Assembly: GCA_944345365.1 (NCBI GenBank)
Contig: CALVMJ010000001.1
Span: 3,760-67,759 of the forward strand
DNA length: 64,000 nt
Direction: 5' to 3'
Origin: an uncultured Clostridia bacterium
GTDB taxonomy: Bacteria > Bacillota > Clostridia > Christensenellales > UBA1242
Shown piece after piece: positions 58,306 to 64,000 of this stretch. Made by a program: the position numbers and the translations under genes. A model generated the notes under the pieces. It saw only the letters and a program-made list of their open reading frames with translations, did no database searches and was not told the origin of the DNA. Numbering within the stretch: the stretch's first letter is position 1; every line of letters starts with the position of its first letter.

Positions 58306-59404
58306 AAAAATCAAATTTGAAAAATCTTCTTTTATTGTTTGTTTGCTTGTAATTTTGCTTGTGGCTTTTGGTTGCATTATGGTTTACAGTGCAAGTATGT
58401 ATTCTGCTCAATACCATTTTGGAAACTCAAAGTTCTTTCTTTATAAGCAAATCTTAGGAGCAGTACTTGGGCTTGCTCTTATGATTTTTTTTGCTTTTTT
58501 TGACTATCATTCATTAAAAAAGTTTAGGTGGATTGCTTTAATCGTAACAACAATTTTACTTGTCTTGGTTTTTATCCCAGGAATAGGAGTGGAAAGTTAT
58601 GGAGCAAAAAGATGGGTGAGTATTTTAGGTTTTTCAATTCAACCATCAGAAGTTGCCAAATTTACCTTGGTTTTGTTCTGTGCAAGTTACCTTTCCGACA
58701 ATCACGAAAAAATAAAAAACTTTAAAACATTGCTCCCAGTGGTGTTCGTAGCAGGAGCTCTTTGCCTTTTAGTTATTTTAGAGCCAAGTATGAGTGTGAC
58801 GATGTGTTTGCTTTTGATAACATTTTTTATGCTTGTTGCAGGAGGAATAACAAAAAAACACACCATAATGTTTTCTATTCCAGCCGTTTTGGCTGTTCCA
58901 GCATTAATAATCGCAGAGCCTTACCGTCTAAAACGACTTTTTGCCTTCATAAATCCTTGGGCTTCTCCTCAGGGGGAAGGATTTCAACTTATCCAGTCGC
59001 TATACTCACTTGGCAATGGGGGGTGGTTTGGAGTTGGCCTTTTTGCATCCAGACAAAAATATCTGTTTTTGCCTTTTGCTGAATCTGATTTCATATTTTC
59101 TATAATAGGAGAGGAATTAGGGTTTGTGGGCGTGACAATGGTCATCTTGGCATTTTTGACGCTAATATATTTTCTCATTAAAATTGCTTTAAACGCCAAA
59201 GACAGATTTGGTGCTTTGCTTGCAAGTGGAGTCGCCTTTGTAATTGGAGTTCAAACGCTTCTAAATATAGCCGTTGTTACCGGCTCAATTCCACCAACAG
59301 GGTTGCCACTTCCGTTTATTTCAAGTGGTGGCACTTCCGTTATGATGTTTATGGCGGGGATTGGGGTGTGTTTGAATGTTGCAAGACAGAGTAAGAATCA
59401 ATAA
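58286..59404 (+). CDS. ftsW: SEDS peptidoglycan polymerase FtsW/SpoVE
   Basis: GAKRW, IQPSE.AK, FLPFAESDFIF, TG.PLPFIS.GG; GTG 58286 after AAGGA is the probable start. Confidence 0.93.
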   Translation: MKVLKNKKIKFEKSSFIVCLLVILLVAFGCIMVYSASMYSAQYHFGNSKFFLYKQILGAVLGLALMIFFAFFDYHSLKKFRWIALIVTTILLVLVFIPGIGVESYGAKRWVSILGFSIQPSEVAKFTLVLFCASYLSDNHEKIKNFKTLLPVVFVAGALCLLVILEPSMSVTMCLLLITFFMLVAGGITKKHTIMFSIPAVLAVPALIIAEPYRLKRLFAFINPWASPQGEGFQLIQSLYSLGNGGWFGVGLFASRQKYLFLPFAESDFIFSIIGEELGFVGVTMVILAFLTLIYFLIKIALNAKDRFGALLASGVAFVIGVQTLLNIAVVTGSIPPTGLPLPFISSGGTSVMMFMAGIGVCLNVARQSKNQ

Positions 59405-59418
59405 ATTTAAAATTTTTG

Positions 59419-59447
59419 TTGATTTACAATTTTTATTTTGATATACT
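59419..59447 (+). promoter_or_regulatory. sigma-A promoter of first cargo gene
   Basis: TTGATT, 17 bp, TATACT with TG extension. Confidence 0.7.
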
Positions 59448-59468
59448 TTAATTACAAAGGAGAAAATT

Positions 59469-60014
59469 ATGAGAAATTATTTTATAATACATGGGACATT
59501 CGGTCACAATAAAGAAAATTGGTTCCCTTGGCTTGAGAATAAATTAATTAAGAAAGGAGAAGTTTTTAATTTAAATTATCCCACTCCTGAAAATCAATCA
59601 TTCGAAAGTTGGTCAAAAGTTTTAGATAAATATAAAGATAAAATCACAAGCGAAACAGTATTTATTTGTCATAGTATTGGTTGTATCTTCTTGATTAAAT
59701 ATTGCATTTTTAATAAGATAAAGATAGATAAAGCTATTTTTGTTAGTGGTTGTAATAACTATTATTTTGATCCTAAATTTGATGAAATAAACAAAGATAT
59801 GTATACTGATAGAATTTCGGAATTTAAAAATTATTGTGACAATGTTATTTGTTTTTATTCAAAAGATGATCCTTATATAAAATTTAATCAACTGCAAATA
59901 TTTGCTCATTCTGTTTATGCTATACATAAAATTTATGAACATGCAGGACATTTTAATGAAAAGGCGGGCTATAAAAAGTTTGAAGATATTTTACCTTATA
60001 TTTTTAGCAAATAA
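59469..60014 (+). CDS. RBBP9/YdeN-family alpha/beta hydrolase
   Basis: IIHG.FG....NWFPWL, CHSIGC, SKDDPY, AGHFN. Confidence 0.88.
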   Translation: MRNYFIIHGTFGHNKENWFPWLENKLIKKGEVFNLNYPTPENQSFESWSKVLDKYKDKITSETVFICHSIGCIFLIKYCIFNKIKIDKAIFVSGCNNYYFDPKFDEINKDMYTDRISEFKNYCDNVICFYSKDDPYIKFNQLQIFAHSVYAIHKIYEHAGHFNEKAGYKKFEDILPYIFSK

Positions 60015-60037
60015 AAAAGTATTTAGTGCATTAACTC

Positions 60038-60175
60038 GTGGTAACGGGTAGCATCCCGCCAACAGGTCTGCCACTTCCCTTTATTTCAAGTGATGGAACT
60101 TCCGTTATGATGTTTATGGCTGGGATTGGCGTGTGTTTGAATGTGCTTTGGCAGAGTAATAAGAATAATATTTAA
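60038..60175 (+). pseudogene. orphan copy of ftsW 3' end (in frame, no start codon)
   Basis: Reads VVTGSIPPTGLPLPFISSDGTSVMMFMAGIGVCLNVLWQSNKNNI*; 35 of 36 residues match FtsW VVTG...CLNV. Confidence 0.95.
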
Positions 60176-60279
60176 TAAAAGGTAAAAGTACACAAATTGT
60201 TTTTAAATTATATGCTTTTTCTTAATTGCTGTGATATATTAAAAAGCGATGGATATTATTAATTGGCGTTGGGGGATTT

Positions 60280-60924
60280 ATGAATAAACAAATGTTGGAA
60301 ATATTAAAAAATTGCAAATGTTTTATATTTGATTTTGACGGGACTTTGATAGATTCGGAGCCTTATCATATGAAGGCTCATAACATGGTGATGTCTTCCA
60401 TTTTGAAGAAAGAAATTCATTTAAATAACATTAGTTTTCAAAAATATTTAGGAAAAAACGACGAAGAGATTTATAATCTGTTTAAGGAAGAGAATGGTGT
60501 GGATTTTGATATAAAAGATGCTGTGCTCAAAAAACAAATTGTGGCCCGAGATTTGTTGCTAGATAATAAAGTTGAGATTTTTGATTATTTTTTTGAGGTT
60601 GAAAAGTTGAAGAACAAGCAAAAAAAATTTTATATATTATCCAATCAATGCAAAATGATATTAGAAGATGTTTTAAAATCTAAAAAAATTCTTAATAAAT
60701 TTCAAAGAATATTTTGCTTGCCAGAAATGAAAATATTGAAAAAATATTTTCTTGAAAATTTTTCAAAATATATTAAAGATGCTGACTTTTGTGATGTTGT
60801 ATTATTTGAGGACTCGGCATCGACCATTGATGTCGCTCATAAGTTAGGAATGAAAACAATAGGAATTGAAACAAAAATGAATGAGGATAAAATTAAAAAT
60901 TCAGACTATTTAATAAAGATTTGA
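60280..60924 (+). CDS. HAD-superfamily phosphatase (beta-PGM-like)
   Basis: FDFDGTLIDSE motif I, LSN motif II, FEDS motif IV. Confidence 0.88.
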   Translation: MNKQMLEILKNCKCFIFDFDGTLIDSEPYHMKAHNMVMSSILKKEIHLNNISFQKYLGKNDEEIYNLFKEENGVDFDIKDAVLKKQIVARDLLLDNKVEIFDYFFEVEKLKNKQKKFYILSNQCKMILEDVLKSKKILNKFQRIFCLPEMKILKKYFLENFSKYIKDADFCDVVLFEDSASTIDVAHKLGMKTIGIETKMNEDKIKNSDYLIKI

Positions 60925-60967
60925 AATTTATTGAGAGAAATTTTACTAAATTATAGTGTAATAATTT

Positions 60968-61074
60968 GCTGTAACCGTCTCTATTGCACAAAAGTTTGTT
61001 ACTTCCATTCTTATTAAGTGGCAGAACTTCCTTTATGATGTTTATGGCTGGGATTGGCGTGTGTTTGAATGTTG
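60968..61074 (+). pseudogene. second, decayed orphan copy of ftsW 3' end
   Basis: GCTGTAACCGTCTCTATT aligns to GTTGTTACCGGCTCAATT; ~2-nt deletion; 61033-61072 identical to 60105-60144. Confidence 0.9.
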
Positions 61075-61093
61075 TTAAGGGGAAATTAGGGTA

Positions 61094-61122
61094 TTGACTC
61101 TTGTAATTTTCTGTGTTATTAT
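61094..61122 (+). promoter_or_regulatory. sigma-A promoter of HD gene
   Basis: TTGACT, 17 bp, TATTAT with TG extension; GAGGAG RBS. Confidence 0.75.
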
Positions 61123-61143
61123 AAGAATCAAGAGGAGTAAAAA

Positions 61144-61794
61144 ATGAAAGAAAAAAATGTTATTGAGTTTTATGTGCTTTGCAATAAATTAAAAGATGTT
61201 GTTAGGACAGGTTGGAAAAATTGGGGAGTTAACCGATTTAGAGTTGAAAGCATAGCAGAGCATATTTATGGGGCGCAAATGCTTGCTATTGGTATGTGGT
61301 CAGAGTTTAAATATGATATTGATATAGCGAAAGTTTTGACCATGCTTGCTGTGCACGAAGTTGAAGAAATTGTTATAGGGGACTTGACACAATGGCAAAT
61401 AACTAAAGATGAAAAATTAATTAAAGGTAAAGAAGCCGTAAGGAAGGTTTTTTCTAAATTAGGGAATGCTAAGAAATTTGAAGATTTGATTGATGAATTT
61501 AATGCAAAACAAACGAAAGAAGCTAAATTTGCCTATTTCTGCGATAAATTAGAATGTGATCTACAAAGTAAGATCTATGATGAAGAAGGTTGTGTTGATT
61601 TAAACAATCAAGAAAACAATAATTCGGCTAAGGATAAAGATGTTAAAGAAATGTTAGAAAATGGTTATTCTTTTTCTAAGATGTGGCAAACTTTTGGACT
61701 TAAAAAGTATAATTATGATGATAATTTTGCAAATGTTTCAAAATATGCTATGGGAGTTGATATTTTAAGAGAATCCAAAGATAAACAAAAATAG
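61144..61794 (+). CDS. HD-domain hydrolase (YfbR/HDDC2-like 5'-deoxynucleotidase family)
   Basis: LKD.VRTGW, ESIAEH, HE..E...GD, DKLE. Confidence 0.82.
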   Translation: MKEKNVIEFYVLCNKLKDVVRTGWKNWGVNRFRVESIAEHIYGAQMLAIGMWSEFKYDIDIAKVLTMLAVHEVEEIVIGDLTQWQITKDEKLIKGKEAVRKVFSKLGNAKKFEDLIDEFNAKQTKEAKFAYFCDKLECDLQSKIYDEEGCVDLNNQENNNSAKDKDVKEMLENGYSFSKMWQTFGLKKYNYDDNFANVSKYAMGVDILRESKDKQK

Positions 61795-61872
61795 CTTTAA
61801 GATCAATTAAGAAATGTGATCAAAGCTATGTGCTTACAATACTAAAAATTGATAGTAGAATCTAATAAATAG

Positions 61873-61909
61873 AAGGCGCTAGAAGTTAGACTTTTTAGCG
61901 CTTTTTTTT
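61873..61909 (+). terminator. intrinsic terminator
   Basis: GCGCTAGAAG / CTTTTTAGCGC stem followed by T8. Confidence 0.7.
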
Positions 61910-61974
61910 GTGTCGAGATTTTGTTTTTTTGCATAAAATGTTAAAGTAGGGATTTGTTTTTATGCGGAGGAAAA

Positions 61975-63228
61975 ATGTCTAAGTTTGTGATTAACGGGGG
62001 TAATAAATTGGTCGGAGAAATTGATATTTCTTGTGCCAAAAACTCACTTTTAACTATTCTTGCAGGGTGTATTTTGTCAGAAGGAGAAATTGTCCTTCAT
62101 AAATATCCCAGCTATACCGACACGGAATGTATGTGCAACATCTTAAAGCATCTTGGAGCAAAAATTAAAAAGGAAGGAGAGGTTTTGGTCGTTGACTCCT
62201 CCTCTTTAAATTCTTTTGACATTCCAACCGAACTTGCTTGCCTTGTTCGATCTTCTATCTTTGCCCTTGGTGCAATCATAGGAAAGTTCAAAAAGGCAAA
62301 AGTGGCTTATCCCGGTGGGTGTGAAATTGGTGCAAGACCTATTGACATTCATCTTTCTGGGCTAAGGCAACTGGGAGTTAAAATTACTGAAAGACATGGA
62401 TACATATATTGTGATGGAAAAGATATGCACAGCGCCACGATTATGCTTGATTTTCCAAGTGTAGGAGCAACCGAAAACTTAATAATGGCAAGTGTGTTGA
62501 CTAAAGGTGAAACAGTTATTTATAACTGTGCAAAAGAGCCGGAGATTGTTGATTTGCAGGAGTTTTTAAATTTGTTAGGTGCAAAAATATCCGGAGCAGG
62601 CACTGAAAAAATTGTCATAAATGGAGTGGCTAAACTTGGAGGGGGAGAATTTACTCCAATAAGAGACAGAATTGTTGCGGGAACATACATGATTGCATGT
62701 GCAATGTGTGGTGGGGATATTTCTTTAAATGGGGCTAATCCCGAGCATCTTCAAAGCGTTATAACCAAATTAAATAAAACTGCTTGTCAAATTGAAGCTA
62801 GTTGTGATAAAATTAGGGTGAAATCTGATGGAAAGCCTTTAAGCTTGAAAAAAATTGAAACTTCTGTTTATCCAGGTATTCCAACCGACCTTCAAGCACA
62901 ACTTTTGGCACTTCAATGTGTGAGCAATGGTTCATGTATGATAATCGAAAACCTTTTTGAATCGAGATTTAAGCATGTGCCTGAATTAATTAAAATGGGA
63001 GCAGACATCCATCTTAGAGATAGAGTTGCCTTTGTCAGAGGTGTTCCAAAACTATTTGGAGCAGAGGTCTTTGGAATGGATTTGAGAGGTACGGCGAGTT
63101 TGATTCTTGCAGGACTTTGTGCCGAGGGATATAGCGTTGTCAATAACGCAAGGCATATTGACAGGGGGTATAATAGGATTGAAAGAGAACTTTCTAGTTT
63201 AGGGGCAGATATAAAAAGGGTGGATTGA
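61975..63228 (+). CDS. murA: UDP-GlcNAc 1-carboxyvinyltransferase
   Basis: AKNS, PGGCEIGARPIDIH, PSVGATEN, DLRG, HIDRGY; ATG 61975 after GGAGG. Confidence 0.95.
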   Translation: MSKFVINGGNKLVGEIDISCAKNSLLTILAGCILSEGEIVLHKYPSYTDTECMCNILKHLGAKIKKEGEVLVVDSSSLNSFDIPTELACLVRSSIFALGAIIGKFKKAKVAYPGGCEIGARPIDIHLSGLRQLGVKITERHGYIYCDGKDMHSATIMLDFPSVGATENLIMASVLTKGETVIYNCAKEPEIVDLQEFLNLLGAKISGAGTEKIVINGVAKLGGGEFTPIRDRIVAGTYMIACAMCGGDISLNGANPEHLQSVITKLNKTACQIEASCDKIRVKSDGKPLSLKKIETSVYPGIPTDLQAQLLALQCVSNGSCMIIENLFESRFKHVPELIKMGADIHLRDRVAFVRGVPKLFGAEVFGMDLRGTASLILAGLCAEGYSVVNNARHIDRGYNRIERELSSLGADIKRVD

Positions 63229-64000
63229 TGAAGAAAAAGCTTATAATATCAATTTCGGCTTTGCTAGGTGTTATTACTGTTGTTTTAACGCTTTGTTTTA
63301 CTGTGTTTACAGTGAAGGAAGTTGAAATTGATTTTAGGACAAGCCTAGAACAACCCTATAATGAAGAAGAGATTATTAAAGAGGCAAATATAGATTTTGG
63401 AAAATGCTTGCTTTTTATGTCAAAAACCGGGTATATAAAGAGAATTGAAGAAAAATTCCCTTATTTAGAGGTAATAAATATTGAAACTGTTTTTCCATCA
63501 AAACTCGTTATTCATTGCGCCGAAAGGCAAGAACTTTTCGCTTTTCAAAAAGACGATCAGATGGCTTTGTTAGATAAGGATTTTAAAGTTCTTAGTGTGG
63601 AGCAAGGAAATTTTGAAAGCGATAAGGAAAATCCTATTCTAATCAAGGGCTTGACTTTTGAAGGAGAAATTTATGAAGGGAAGTTTTTGGATATAACCGA
63701 GAACGGGCTTAAAAGATTTTATTCCTCAATGCTTGAAAACAACAAAACTCTTCCACAAGTTCTTGGTTTTTGCAAGGAGCTCTTTGTTTACAGTGAGTAT
63801 AATCCGCTTACTAATAGCAATGAAACAAATATTGTTATAACGACTTTCAAAAATCGAGAAATTAAAATTTTAAATATAGATGTAAATTTAAGTCGTAAGA
63901 TGCAAAGAATGTTTCAGGTTTTACCGATGCTCTATGACCTTTTGGTAATTAATGGGGATTACACAAGTGAAGAAGTGGACAGATGTGCAATTGTGATAGG
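63228..64000 (+). CDS. FtsQ/DivIB-like cell division protein (partial, runs off window)
   Basis: MKKKLIISISALLGV.. single TM then POTRA-like FTVKEVEI..IE.KFPY.EVINIE.VFPS.L.I...ER; ATG overlaps murA TGA. Confidence 0.75.
   Translation, partial: MKKKLIISISALLGVITVVLTLCFTVFTVKEVEIDFRTSLEQPYNEEEIIKEANIDFGKCLLFMSKTGYIKRIEEKFPYLEVINIETVFPSKLVIHCAERQELFAFQKDDQMALLDKDFKVLSVEQGNFESDKENPILIKGLTFEGEIYEGKFLDITENGLKRFYSSMLENNKTLPQVLGFCKELFVYSEYNPLTNSNETNIVITTFKNREIKILNIDVNLSRKMQRMFQVLPMLYDLLVINGDYTSEEVDRCAIVI

Larger units (their letters stand above)
59273..60967 (+). mobile_element. putative tandem gene cassettes integrated at the ftsW 3' end (units 59273-60037 and 60038-60967)
   Basis: Each unit is an ftsW 3' segment, a promoter region, one cargo gene and a TAGTGYAWTAAYTY motif; no integrase in window. 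Confidence 0.7.

Noticed and set aside
61795-61974. A third displaced ftsW copy after the HD gene
   Set aside because: No ftsW-like sequence is visible; TAGTAGAATCTAAT near 61853 is too weak a match to the junction motif

Overview
AT-rich chromosomal window from a spore-forming, low-GC Bacillota bacterium. Clostridia-like is an inference from gene content and synteny. The backbone is housekeeping: recO; the complete S10-spc-alpha ribosomal superoperon (rpsJ to rplQ) with a structured leader; murB, dtd, a PHP gene, whiA and dnaE; a 6-tRNA cluster; ppdK; rpoZ-priA-def-fmt-rlmN-gpmI; sporulation and germination genes (veg, SPOCS-LysM, spoIIR, sleB, ypeB, spoVG); and the dcw cluster (murF, ddl, murE, mraY, murD, ftsW, murA, partial divIB/ftsQ). 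Accessory genes are interspersed: an ankyrin protein, an SPFH/zinc-ribbon module, two orphans, a YjzC-like microprotein and two large GLUG-repeat surface proteins. The main discovery is at the ftsW 3' end (59273-61794). Three small promoter-bearing hydrolase genes are separated by two orphan copies of the last ~36-45 ftsW codons. Both copies start at the same ftsW position, both are preceded by the same 14-nt motif, and they decay with distance from ftsW. This looks like a polar, integrase-less array of sub-kilobase gene cassettes that insert site-specifically into ftsW and rebuild its 3' end. A second oddity is a hairpin-dense element after tRNA-Lys carrying an inverted copy of that tRNA's T-arm split by a 36-nt double hairpin. 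All alignments and counts were done by eye and no database searches were run.
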